NCBI GenBank assembly: GCA_045106895.1
Contig: JBGCFM010000105.1
Location: 1 to 57,405, forward strand
DNA from: Polyangiales bacterium
Lineage (GTDB): Bacteria > Myxococcota_A > Polyangia > Polyangiales > Houyiibacteriaceae
Length of the DNA: 57,405 bases
Direction: 5' to 3'
Below the pieces are notes generated by a model. The model was given only the letters and a program-made list of their open reading frames with translations, searched no databases and had not been told where the DNA came from. This document shows positions 48,547 through 57,405 of the stretch, in pieces. A program made the translations under genes and the position numbers. Every line of letters starts with the position of its first letter. Position 1 is the stretch's first letter.

Positions 48547-48574
48547 GTCTCGCTATAGCGAAGTTTTGAGCGTT

Positions 48575-49603
48575 TCAGAAGGCGGCGAGGGCCGCCATAG
48601 GGCGCTGCATCTCGAGCGTGAGAGAGAACCCATGGAGCCTGTCCTGGTCCGCCAAGCGCAGGATGCCAAGCGCCACATCGAGGACGGCGACGGGCGTCTG
48701 TCTTCCTTGCCGCTGGACGGAGTTCCGCGTCGGCTCGTAGTCGGCGAAGGTTTGCAGCGAGCCGCCACGGTGGAAGCACTGACCGTCGCCTGAGTAGAGC
48801 TGGATGTCATCGCACTCGACGCGCAGTTCGCATCGGGCGTCGACACCGAACTCCGCGGCGGAGCGGACCCTGACCTCGCAACTCGATCGCCCCGTGATCC
48901 GCGGGATCGCAACGCCGTGCACCATCGGGGAGCCGCTCATCTGCCGAATGTTCGCCTCTGCGCTGAAGGTGACCCCTCGCTCGGCTCGGAGTGGTGTCTC
49001 CTCGCGATAGTGCGATCGTCGGTAGGGACGCGACTGCAAGTGCCATTCTTGGACACCGCCCGCCTCGTCGGTGATCTGCAGCAGATGACCCACACTGTCC
49101 GCCGAGAGCGCTGGCCCTCGCTGGCCCCCACGGTGGTTGACGACACGTTCCGAACAGACCAGCCGGTGGTCGTTCGCCGAGCGACCCGTTTGGGAAATGC
49201 AGCCGCCAAGAAGGCGTTCGCCGTAGCGAAGCTGTGGCGTCTCATAGACGAGTGTCTCGCCACAGAAGAGCCGCAGAGTAAGTCGCCGGGCGAGGGTGGC
49301 TTGATGCCGCTCCTCGTGATCATCCGCGATGAGGTAGCACTCTTGCTCTCCTCGGGTCGCTCGCCATGTCGACTGGCGCAGGGCTCCTCGTGCGTCTCCG
49401 TGACCGTCGAGGACCACCGGGCGCTCTTCGCCGGTCGGCGCTAGCGCATAGCCCGCGCCAGCGGCTGCCACGCAGAGGACGAGAGCGCCGCTCAGCGTCA
49501 GGAGTCGTCGCCGCCGCGGCGTCGATGCTTCGGCGCGTGCGGCTCGTTTCTCCGCGCGGGCCAACTGGTGCTCAAGCTGAGCGACTTGATCGCGATAGGC
49601 CAT
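48575..49603 (-). CDS. Hypothetical membrane-anchored protein
   Basis: MAYRD + coiled coil + TM, then a Cys-containing extracellular region. Confidence 0.7.
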   Translation of the reverse strand: MAYRDQVAQLEHQLARAEKRAARAEASTPRRRRLLTLSGALVLCVAAAGAGYALAPTGEERPVVLDGHGDARGALRQSTWRATRGEQECYLIADDHEERHQATLARRLTLRLFCGETLVYETPQLRYGERLLGGCISQTGRSANDHRLVCSERVVNHRGGQRGPALSADSVGHLLQITDEAGGVQEWHLQSRPYRRSHYREETPLRAERGVTFSAEANIRQMSGSPMVHGVAIPRITGRSSCEVRVRSAAEFGVDARCELRVECDDIQLYSGDGQCFHRGGSLQTFADYEPTRNSVQRQGRQTPVAVLDVALGILRLADQDRLHGFSLTLEMQRPMAALAAF

Positions 49604-49654
49604 GCCCCGAGGACAGCGGAGGGACGCAAAAGTTCCCATCGCCGCCGATTACGC

Positions 49655-49878
49655 GCCGCGGGCGGGGTCGGCTCCATTGCGATTCAACTCGCTCGCCAAG
49701 TCGCCGGACTCAAGGTCATCGCCACCGCTTCGCGTTCCGAATCGCGAGAGTGGGCTCATTTCGCGGAGAAACCAAAGGACCACCCGCACCATCGTCGCCG
49801 ACATTCACGCCCAGCCTGAGCGCGCTGCCCTCGTTGAAGCGGAGCTTCGGAAGCTCGCTTCAATCACCCGCGCGGAGG
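49655..49878 (+). pseudogene. Remnants of a Zn-type alcohol dehydrogenase-like gene and an ABM/quinol monooxygenase gene
   Basis: AAGGVGSIAIQLARQVAGLKVIATASRSESREW, then in another frame TIVADIHAQPERAALVEAELRKLASITRAE. Confidence 0.65.
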
Positions 49879-49887
49879 TAACGGCGC

Positions 49888-50502
49888 CTACAGAAGGTGG
49901 GCCGGGACGCGCTCGATGAGCGCATGAAGCTTCTGTCCACGCATCGCGGTTCGTTTCAAGGTTCGGGGAAGAAACGTAGCGATGCATTCGGGATAGCTCG
50001 TCAGAAGCCAAAAGCTGAGAAAACGCGCTACCCAGGCGTCAAGCTCAAGGAGCGCTTTACGACCTTCGTTCTCCTCGGAGGCGGCGGCGTCCGTGAGTTC
50101 GCGGAAGATGCGTTGGGTTCCTGCGCCGATGGCATCGATCTCGCGTGCGCCCCATTCGACCTTGAGAAAGAGGGTCACGCCGGCGAGGGCGAGGGCACGC
50201 CAGGTCAGCAGTTGAGCGCTCACCATCAGATAGCCCAGCTCTTCCAAGTCGCCTCGCGACATACCGTCTTCAAAACCCCAGGAGCCCTCTCCATCGTCGC
50301 TGGACCCACGAAGGATGACGAAGGTGGCGGGTTCCGGCTCCGCGCTAACAACGGAGAGGATGCGTTGGTCGAGTTCCGAGAGGACAGGCTGGCTACGAAG
50401 CGCGGCGAGGCGTTTACGACCGATTCGGATGTGGGTCCGGGGGGTTAGTACCACCCCCCACTGCGCCCCCATCTCCAAGCGGTCGATTTGCATCCCCTGC
50501 AT
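49888..50502 (-). CDS. Hypothetical protein
   Basis: 204-aa ORF with natural composition. Confidence 0.65.
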   Translation of the reverse strand: MQGMQIDRLEMGAQWGVVLTPRTHIRIGRKRLAALRSQPVLSELDQRILSVVSAEPEPATFVILRGSSDDGEGSWGFEDGMSRGDLEELGYLMVSAQLLTWRALALAGVTLFLKVEWGAREIDAIGAGTQRIFRELTDAAASEENEGRKALLELDAWVARFLSFWLLTSYPECIATFLPRTLKRTAMRGQKLHALIERVPAHLL

Positions 50503-50778
50503 GTTAGCAGGCCCGGGGCCATCTCCCTGTACCGAATGTTCGCGGCGAGGCCTCTTCGAGCGTCTTGCGCGGGCTTGAGCGTTTCTGCGACAAACCGCGA
50601 TTCTTACGCCCCGAATCCCGGCGTGGAGGGTGTGATGTTCACCCTCGCGGTCGGTGGACTGCTCCTCGTCACGACGGGGTCGCCGACTTTTCGACGATCG
50701 GCGGCTTCAAGTCATCGACGGGGTCTTTGGTGTCGCTGGCGCACCCCGGGCGAACCGCTAGTCGGGTACACTCTCGTG

Positions 50779-51217
50779 GTGCCGACACTCCGGACCATCG
50801 CCTTTACGCAGTTTGATGAGTCGACTCTCTTGCTTGTCCACGGCCGCGCCGTGCCGGCCCAGCAAGACTGGGAGCGATGGGTCGGGCTCATACAACAAGT
50901 GCGAACGACTCGGCCAAATCGCGCTCATCGTCACGCCCTACGGCGCGGGTCCGAACGCGGCCCAGCGGAAGGCCGTCAACGACGCTCTTCATGGTCACTC
51001 GCACGCTGTCGCCGTGATGTCCGATCACCGCGCCACGCGAGCGATCATCACGGCGTTCTCGTGGTTCAACTCCGGCCTGAAGAGTTTCCGCATCACGGAC
51101 TTCGGCGGAGCCGCCCGTCACCTGGGCCTAAGTAGCGATGTCTCCGAGCGTCTGGCCGTCGAGGTCGCGACCTTGGCGGACGGCTTGGCCCTCGCTCGAA
51201 CGAGCGCCGTCGGCTAA
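50779..51217 (+). pseudogene. STAS/SEC14-like myxobacterial protein split by a frameshift near 50895
   Basis: LLLVHGRAVPAQQDWERW in one frame; LIVTPYGAGPNAAQRK...AVAVMSD...AIITAFSWFN in the next. Confidence 0.65.
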
Positions 51218-51229
51218 AGCGAGCCGCGT

Positions 51230-52831
51230 CTACGCCCCGTCAAGACAGGTGATGTCCACCTCGTCGCCGATGCGCTCGACAGGACCGAAGCCCGAGGTGT
51301 GACCACGGTCCGCGCACGCGCCCCATGCCGCCACCGAGCAGGCCACGGCGTCGGCGTTGCAACGAGAGGCGCCCACCTCCGAGGCGGGCAGACGTAGGAC
51401 GGTACCCGTGGCGACGCACGAAACCTCGATGGCGTCGCCGACGATGGAGACTGGGCCAAATCCACTCACCGCGCCCCGCGCTCGACAGAAGCGGTGAATC
51501 GCGGTGGCGCAGGCCTGGCTCGCCGTCGCGGCTTCGCACTCCGGCACGATGAGCGCGAGGTCCGCGGCGTTGGTCTCGATGACGTCGGCGTCGAGGCAAT
51601 GAACGCGGCCGTTGCCTTCCGCCGAGTGGCCGCTCGGGGGTCCAAGCCCGCTGTTGAAGCAAGCGAGTTCGGCGCCGACACCCCGACACCGAAGGTGGGC
51701 CGCGACCTTGCATTCGACGCTCTCCGTTTCGCCTCCTGCGCAGCCGTCCGCCGGAAACTGGAAGGCGTCGAAATAGCCGCTCGACGGGCAGCTACACTCG
51801 GAGTCGCCACATCGCCCCAGGAGGCCGCAAGATTGATCGCACGCGCCGCAGTGCTGGGGGCTCGACATCGTGTCCACACAGCGTCCGTCGCAGCCTTCGT
51901 TTCCGTCGGGACAGCCGCATACGCCGGCCCGGCAGGGGTCACCCTCCGCGCACACGACATCGCAGCCGCCGCAGGCCGTGGGCGACCAGGCCACGCATTC
52001 GGCGCCACAGAGACTCTCTTCGGCGTCACAAGGGACGCCTTCGTCGGCGATGGCGCACAAAGCGCGGGCGTCCTCCGCGCTTAGGCCTGCCACGCCCTCG
52101 GGCACCACCGCGGCTCGGCCCGTGATGGCTTGGTAGATCACACAAGCCGCCAACAAGCTCCCCGCGGCGGTGGGGTGGCTGCGGTCGGGACCGATGAGCG
52201 CGAGGTCTGCCGCGAGCACGTTGCCGATGAGGAATGCCTCGCCGACACGGGCGACCTCGTCGTCATGGAGCGCGGCAGCGCGGCCGTACGCTTCTTCGAT
52301 GAGCGTCGTTCCGCGCCGCGGGTCTAGCTCGATGTCTTGGCGAGCCCAGTGTGCGTACCAAACGCCGCGGGCGCCCGCGGAGTTGATGGCGTCGGCGAAG
52401 CGTTGAGCGTCCTCGTCGAAGTCTGGTTGCGTCCACTCGAGGCTTTGGCCTTGCACCACCACGGCGTCGAAACCTTCGTCGATGCGTTCTGCGGCGCCTC
52501 CGCTCCAGTGAACGTCGAGTGTTGCTCCACCTTGGGCGGCGACTTCGACGTCGAGTGGGGTACGTGAGGCTTCCCCGAGCTGAGCGAGCAAGGCCGGCAG
52601 ACCGTTGTACGTCGTGTAGCTGTTTCCGAGAAGGAGAACGCGTTCCCTTGGCCGGAGCGGACCCGCGTCTGGCACCCGCGCGTCGGCTGCGTCGTCGAAA
52701 AAGCGAGCATCGTCCAGGCTTGCGTCGGAGCCGGCGTCGCCCGGGCTCGCGTCCGGCGGCGCATCGACGGAGCAGGCTGCGACCAGAAAGAAGAGGGCGA
52801 CGTGAGCAGGGGCGTTGAACAGATTCGGCAT
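51230..52831 (-). CDS. SGNH-hydrolase lipoprotein with Cys-rich repeats and a triple SGFGP-type repeat domain
   Basis: Lipobox VAAC; LLGNSYT, DRSHPT; CVDTMSSPQHCGAC; C..A.H..C...SGFGPV repeats. Confidence 0.82.
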   Translation of the reverse strand: MPNLFNAPAHVALFFLVAACSVDAPPDASPGDAGSDASLDDARFFDDAADARVPDAGPLRPRERVLLLGNSYTTYNGLPALLAQLGEASRTPLDVEVAAQGGATLDVHWSGGAAERIDEGFDAVVVQGQSLEWTQPDFDEDAQRFADAINSAGARGVWYAHWARQDIELDPRRGTTLIEEAYGRAAALHDDEVARVGEAFLIGNVLAADLALIGPDRSHPTAAGSLLAACVIYQAITGRAAVVPEGVAGLSAEDARALCAIADEGVPCDAEESLCGAECVAWSPTACGGCDVVCAEGDPCRAGVCGCPDGNEGCDGRCVDTMSSPQHCGACDQSCGLLGRCGDSECSCPSSGYFDAFQFPADGCAGGETESVECKVAAHLRCRGVGAELACFNSGLGPPSGHSAEGNGRVHCLDADVIETNAADLALIVPECEAATASQACATAIHRFCRARGAVSGFGPVSIVGDAIEVSCVATGTVLRLPASEVGASRCNADAVACSVAAWGACADRGHTSGFGPVERIGDEVDITCLDGA

Positions 52832-52966
52832 GGATAAGGAGTAGACGCGAAGGACTTAGCCGCCGACTTAAGTCTAGCCGACGCGACGTGCGGGTGGGGC
52901 GCGGCGATTCGTAGTAGGGTAGTGAACGCATGAGGGACTCAACGAACGAGACTTGGAGCTGGTCGA

Positions 52967-53686
52967 ATGGCGTCTGAGTTTCCTCCCCTCGCGGCGCCGC
53001 CCGCCGCGCCGCTTTCACTGGACGGCGTGGAAGTCTCCTACTCGCGGCGCTCCGTGGGCGAGTTAGTCGGTCATGGACGTGTGCGCGAGGCCGTCAGCGG
53101 CGGCGTTCTCCGTCCCGCGGACATGGACAAAGCGGAGATTGGCGAGGTCGAGTCCGTGTGGGTGCCGGTCTGGCGCTTTGAAGGAAGCGTCGACGGTTTC
53201 CATGTGAGCCTTGGGACCACGACGCGAGGCGGGCGTTCTCGTCTTACGCCGCGCGGCGGGTTTCGGCACAAAGAGCGCACGCACTACATCTTGGCGCGAA
53301 GCGGTTTTGCCATCGACCCCTCTCCAAAGATGCGGGTCTCGCGCTCAGACCTGACGCCGCTCGGCGACACGGCTCTTGACGGTGTGCGCATCGCTCCCGA
53401 CATGGATCGCGCTACGGCGCAGGAGCGCGCGGAACTCGCGCTCAAACGTGAAGGGCAGCCGAATACGGCCCTCTACGCCAAAGTACAGGTGAAGATTCAC
53501 GACGCTCGTTTGCTCTTCTACCCGCTCTACGTAGTGCGTTATCGATACGGCGGGGAGGCCGTCGACGGCGGCGCGTCCATGTTCTTCGCAGCGCTCAGTG
53601 GCGCGTCCGGCAAGGTCGTGGCGTCGCATCATCCATCGGTGCTCAAGAGCATCGGTGGCAAGTTTCGTCGTCTCTTCGGCGCTTAG
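52967..53686 (+). CDS. Hypothetical protein
   Basis: 239-aa ORF; WVPVWRF and FYPLYVVRYRY motifs. Confidence 0.75.
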   Translation: MASEFPPLAAPPAAPLSLDGVEVSYSRRSVGELVGHGRVREAVSGGVLRPADMDKAEIGEVESVWVPVWRFEGSVDGFHVSLGTTTRGGRSRLTPRGGFRHKERTHYILARSGFAIDPSPKMRVSRSDLTPLGDTALDGVRIAPDMDRATAQERAELALKREGQPNTALYAKVQVKIHDARLLFYPLYVVRYRYGGEAVDGGASMFFAALSGASGKVVASHHPSVLKSIGGKFRRLFGA

Positions 53687-54825
53687 TTCGTTGTGGCGTC
53701 CGCGCGGCTCAGCGTCCGCTCGAACTGACCGAAGATACCGTCTTCTGGTCGCTCGCTCACGAGAATGGCGCTCGCCGCGCTCTCCAACGCGTTCACCTGC
53801 CATAGAAAGACGAGCTGGCCGGAGCCCGAGTAGTAGAACGAGGCGTCCTGGCTGTCGCGCGCGCTGATGCGTTCGATGAACCACTCTGGCTCCGCCACGC
53901 CTCCTTCGATAAGCGCTCGCACCGCGACATAGTCAGCCAGTCCTTCGTCGAGTTCCCAGATCGCCTCGGCTTCTTCGCACGTGTGGTTCGTACCATGTTG
54001 TCCACGAACTTTCGCTCCGCCCAAAACGGCGTAGCGCTCGCGTCTCAGCTGAATGAAGCGCCGTGCATGCGCGCGCGCCTCGTCCACATTCCCTGCGAAG
54101 ATCTCACGCACCGCGCTCGCATTCGTCGCCATCTCCTCGTCATGGAGAGCGCGGGCGACTTCATTTTCGAAGCACGTCGCGACGAGGGCCTCCCGGTCGG
54201 GTTGTATGGACCAACTTGGATAGTCGTGGCGTGTGTCCTCGCCGAACATTCGTGCGAACTGAAGGTTCACATGCACGGACTCGTGGGCGATGAGGAAGTT
54301 ACGCCAAAGCCGCGGGTTATCCGCCATCGCGGCCCCAAGTGGATGGTCGGCCAGCATGTGCTCCGGATTCATCACCCACGCGAGCGCGGCCTTGGCGTCC
54401 CGTGCATGCAGTGAGGCGAGGATACTGGCAGGTACATCTCCGACGAGAAAGCCGCCCATGCGGTCCTCGGGGGCCTTGTCCCCGAAATCGGTGATGAGGA
54501 AGCCGAAGATACCAAGCATCAGCTGCATGGGTTGCGTGTGTTCCGCGACGGTGACTACCTCGCCGCGGGACCAGTGGGCGAAGCAATGGGATTCGTCGCC
54601 GAGCCACTCGAAGACAATGTCGTGTCCGTCGAGGCGGTACCCGGGCCATGTCTCGACGGTGCTAATGTTATTTAGGTCCCTAAGAGTCTCGCGAAATGCC
54701 ACGCTCGCTGTCTGCGCTTCGCAGAACGTTGGAGGAAGCTCCACGGGCGTGGCCCGGGAGCACGCGACAAGCAAGCACATCAACGACAGGGTTTTGGTGG
54801 TTGTCGAGACTCGGGAGGGGGGCAT
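53683..54825 (-). CDS. Lipoprotein with HExxH metallopeptidase motif
   Basis: Lipobox LVAC; IAHESVH and DEGLADY (gluzincin-like); FYYSG. Confidence 0.72.
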   Translation of the reverse strand: MPPSRVSTTTKTLSLMCLLVACSRATPVELPPTFCEAQTASVAFRETLRDLNNISTVETWPGYRLDGHDIVFEWLGDESHCFAHWSRGEVVTVAEHTQPMQLMLGIFGFLITDFGDKAPEDRMGGFLVGDVPASILASLHARDAKAALAWVMNPEHMLADHPLGAAMADNPRLWRNFLIAHESVHVNLQFARMFGEDTRHDYPSWSIQPDREALVATCFENEVARALHDEEMATNASAVREIFAGNVDEARAHARRFIQLRRERYAVLGGAKVRGQHGTNHTCEEAEAIWELDEGLADYVAVRALIEGGVAEPEWFIERISARDSQDASFYYSGSGQLVFLWQVNALESAASAILVSERPEDGIFGQFERTLSRADATTN

Positions 54826-54861
54826 CGCGCCTTCTTAGACGACTTCGCGCATTTGGACTTC

Positions 54862-55317
54862 CTATTTCGCGTCTCGGAGAACCTGGAGCCGGAAGCGTAT
54901 GCGCCGCCCGGCGGCACGGGAGATGCGGCGCAGCGGACAGTCTTCGCCAGCTTTCTCGCAGCGGAAGCCCTTGGGGATCCGCCCATGGCGAAGCGTGGTG
55001 CGTGCAAGAGGGTGACGTCGGCAGATATGAAAGGTGCGCTCTTCCAGGAAGAACACGATGTCCTCGTGGTTTAGGATGAACTCGAGGAGCTGCGTCGAGA
55101 TGTACTCTGCGTCTTCGGCATCCGCCGCGCCTTCGGTGTCCGCATCGTCGACTTTGCCGAGGAGACGCACGGGCACAGCGTTGTAGGCGCCGTCCTCTCG
55201 GCTCCAGTCGAGTCGTTCCGCGCGCCGGTCCCAGAGCGCTTCGAGCTCTCGCTTGTCTTCCTCGCGTAGGTCTCGCCACCACTGCGTCTTCGCCGCTTCG
55301 CGTCGCGGCGAGCTCAA
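54862..55317 (-). CDS. Hypothetical Cys/His-containing protein
   Basis: Probable TTG start overlapping the ATP-grasp stop; HICRRH...C...CP motif. Confidence 0.65.
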   Translation of the reverse strand: MSSPRREAAKTQWWRDLREEDKRELEALWDRRAERLDWSREDGAYNAVPVRLLGKVDDADTEGAADAEDAEYISTQLLEFILNHEDIVFFLEERTFHICRRHPLARTTLRHGRIPKGFRCEKAGEDCPLRRISRAAGRRIRFRLQVLRDAK

Positions 55318-56183
55318 ACGCGCACCATCGCCGCGTAGAGTTCGCGCGGGTCCATGAGCGGCGGAAGCGTCGAGACTCCGCCATCGTTGATCTCGATGAT
55401 GGCCCATTCGCCGCTGCGCAGCCGCGCGACGTCCACGGAGAAGAAAGGTGAGTCGATGCCGGATACATCGAAGTCCAGCGGCGGCGCTGCGCGCTCGAAG
55501 TCATGGTAGGGCGCGTGGGCGACGACCTCGCCGTTCCATACGAAGAGACGATGTTCGTCGAAGAGCGGACGCTCCGGCGACTGCACCGGAAGCGGCGCGA
55601 GGTCGAGCATGGAACGAATGACAAGGCCGCGCTCAAAACGCTCGCCGCGGTGGTCCACGAGCGCTTCACACACCGACGCGAAGTGCTCGAATGTCGAGCT
55701 CTCGGGAACGAAACATGCGCCGAACCAGTCTTCTTTTGCGGACTTTACGTGGTCCTTGATGATCCAAGGCCCGCGGAGCTCTTGGGCGGCGGCCCAGGCT
55801 TCCTGCGCGTCGTGCCCCTCGATGCATCGGGTCTCGGCTGTCCGGCCCTCGATGTGCTCCAGGTAGCTCGGCAAATAGTGCGCGTTGGCGTACTCCTCCG
55901 GCGTCACCAGGAGGCTCTCGCCGCGTGCCAGCACGGCATCAAAGAGCTCCTCGTACTCTTCCTCTTTGAGCATCCAGCCCCGGTGAAGCCAAACGCGGCC
56001 TTCGCGCGCCGGGATCGATTCGAGTGCATAAGCCGCCTCGCCATCGACGAGCTGCTCCGTAGAGACCCACGCGCACTCGAGGTCCAGAGCCTCCAGGGCC
56101 AGCTCCTCCAGGTCCAGAGTGTCAGCGATGTCTTGGCCTGAACTGGGCCGCGAGAAGAGGATGTCGAGGGAATTCACGGACAC
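55314..56183 (-). CDS. ATP-grasp domain protein (R2K/DUF4343-like)
   Basis: HRGWML, IIKDHVKSAK.DW..ACFV, EHRLF, FFSVDVA...W.IIEINDG.VS. Confidence 0.85.
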   Translation of the reverse strand: MSVNSLDILFSRPSSGQDIADTLDLEELALEALDLECAWVSTEQLVDGEAAYALESIPAREGRVWLHRGWMLKEEEYEELFDAVLARGESLLVTPEEYANAHYLPSYLEHIEGRTAETRCIEGHDAQEAWAAAQELRGPWIIKDHVKSAKEDWFGACFVPESSTFEHFASVCEALVDHRGERFERGLVIRSMLDLAPLPVQSPERPLFDEHRLFVWNGEVVAHAPYHDFERAAPPLDFDVSGIDSPFFSVDVARLRSGEWAIIEINDGGVSTLPPLMDPRELYAAMVRV

Positions 56184-56244
56184 GTTTGTGCCGGAAAATG
56201 AGTGCAGAACCAGTCTAGAACTTCTTAATAGACTGTGAGACGTT

Positions 56245-56592
56245 ATGGGCGTCGGAGCAGCTCACAGCGTGACCCTTGAAGAACTACGACACATATTCGA
56301 GGGGCGCGGCTACCAAGTTCGCATGCACTCGTATTTCTCCGAAACGGGGATGATGGTCAGCATGCACTCTCAGCTTGAGGTCTCCATCGCCGGCAAGGCC
56401 GAGGTCCTGACGGTCATCGAGGCTGCGGTCCATGTGTATCGACAGAACAACAGCTGGCTCTTGCGCGTCACGCCGCATGGTGGACCTCATTGGGTTATGT
56501 GTTCTCCCGAAGACGAACTGGAAACTCTCGTCTCAGGCCGTTTAGAAAATCCGAAACAAGCACTCGACGAGTCGTGGACAGCGGTGTCCTGA
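56245..56592 (+). CDS. Small hypothetical protein
   Basis: 115-aa ORF following an AT-richer intergenic region. Confidence 0.55.
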   Translation: MGVGAAHSVTLEELRHIFEGRGYQVRMHSYFSETGMMVSMHSQLEVSIAGKAEVLTVIEAAVHVYRQNNSWLLRVTPHGGPHWVMCSPEDELETLVSGRLENPKQALDESWTAVS

Positions 56593-56813
56593 GAGCGGGC
56601 TTGTTGCAGGTTGTTGGTTCCGGGGCCTGTATCTCATGTGATGGTAAATCCACACGCTGTGGTTTCGCCCTGGCCTTTGAGCAGCCTGTTGAGGTCTGCG
56701 CCGAGATTGCTCACTGCGTGCGTCGAGCGCCGGCGGAGACAATGGGGCATTCGCCAAGGGCCTGATTCGCGAGTGTATTGCCGGCATCGCCCAGGACAGG
56801 TAGGCCTCACCAC

Positions 56814-57405
56814 GTGTCCCTCTCCGTCAACGAAGTGTGCGAAGCCGCCGAAGCCGAAGCCTTGCTCCCACTGCCTTTACTCGCGCGGTGTTTGCTGACT
56901 GAGTTGGGGGCGCCGCCTAGGCTCGTGGCGCACTTGCACCTCGTCCATGACGTTGCCGCGCGCCTCACCGGCCACTGCAGCAAAGCTCTGCCGAAGCTAC
57001 GCGTCGAAAAGGACGCCGTCGCGTTCGGCGCTGCGACGCACGACATGGGCAAGGCGCTCATCCCCGCGGAACTCAGCGGCGCGGGAAGTCGTCACAAGCT
57101 CGCCGCTGAGGCGTGGATGATCGCTCAGAATGTTGAACCGCAGCTCGCCCGCTTCGCGCGAACCCACGGACTCGATACCGAAGACACGGCGCTGGTCCTC
57201 GAAGACATTCTCGTCATCGCCGCGGACAAGCTGTGGAAAGGCAAACGCGTGGCAGCCCTGGAGGAGCGTCTCGTCCGCGAGTTCGCCCGCGCGACGAGCG
57301 AGGACTACTGGGATGTTTGGTCTCCGGTGAACACGCATTTCGACAAGCTCGCCGAACACGCGGATAGACGCTTAGCTTGGCAGGGCCGCTTCTCCGCGCA
57401 CACCT
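56814..57405 (+). CDS. HD-domain phosphohydrolase; runs off the window's right edge
   Basis: Not in the ORF track. Manual translation from GTG 56814: ...LGAPPRLVAHLHLVHDVA...FGAATHDMGK...ARFARTH...AADKLWKGKR...; no stop before the end. Confidence 0.85.
   Translation, partial: MSLSVNEVCEAAEAEALLPLPLLARCLLTELGAPPRLVAHLHLVHDVAARLTGHCSKALPKLRVEKDAVAFGAATHDMGKALIPAELSGAGSRHKLAAEAWMIAQNVEPQLARFARTHGLDTEDTALVLEDILVIAADKLWKGKRVAALEERLVREFARATSEDYWDVWSPVNTHFDKLAEHADRRLAWQGRFSAHT

Noticed and set aside
52865..52874. GACTTAAGTC palindrome between divergent genes
   Set aside because: A single 10-bp palindrome can occur by chance in 57 kb; no cognate regulator nearby.
1..57405. Prophage, IS or integrative element
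   Set aside because: No integrase, transposase, phage structural genes, tRNA or att-like flanking repeats recognised.

Overview
High-GC bacterial chromosomal segment with about 50 densely packed CDSs. Myxobacterial hallmarks (MYXO-CTERM-like tail, many Cys-rich or DAG-linker lipoproteins, Ser/Thr kinases, FHA-sigma54 activator) suggest Myxococcota, probably Polyangiales/Sandaracinaceae-like; this is inference. I saw no rRNA, tRNA, CRISPR array, integrase or transposase. Recognisable genes include a 5-oxoprolinase, CDF transporter, ABC transporter, SDR, CE12 esterase + PL1 pectate lyase, PP2C/FHA-EBP/kinase triad, R2K-type ATP-grasp and an HD hydrolase. The best candidate for an uncharacterised system is a translationally coupled pair (17802-24193, minus strand): an M48-like Zn metalloprotease and a 1733-aa protein built from a pseudokinase C-lobe, DUF4011, an SF1 helicase and a Vsr/MTES_1575-like nuclease, resembling a protease-gated variant of the Hhe anti-phage architecture. 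Other leads: a sterol-desaturase fusion coupled to an HTTM protein, a sigma54 promoter with a tandem repeat that may close a kinase-EBP-phosphatase feedback loop, and several frameshifted or remnant genes. Domain calls come from motif recognition by eye, not database searches.
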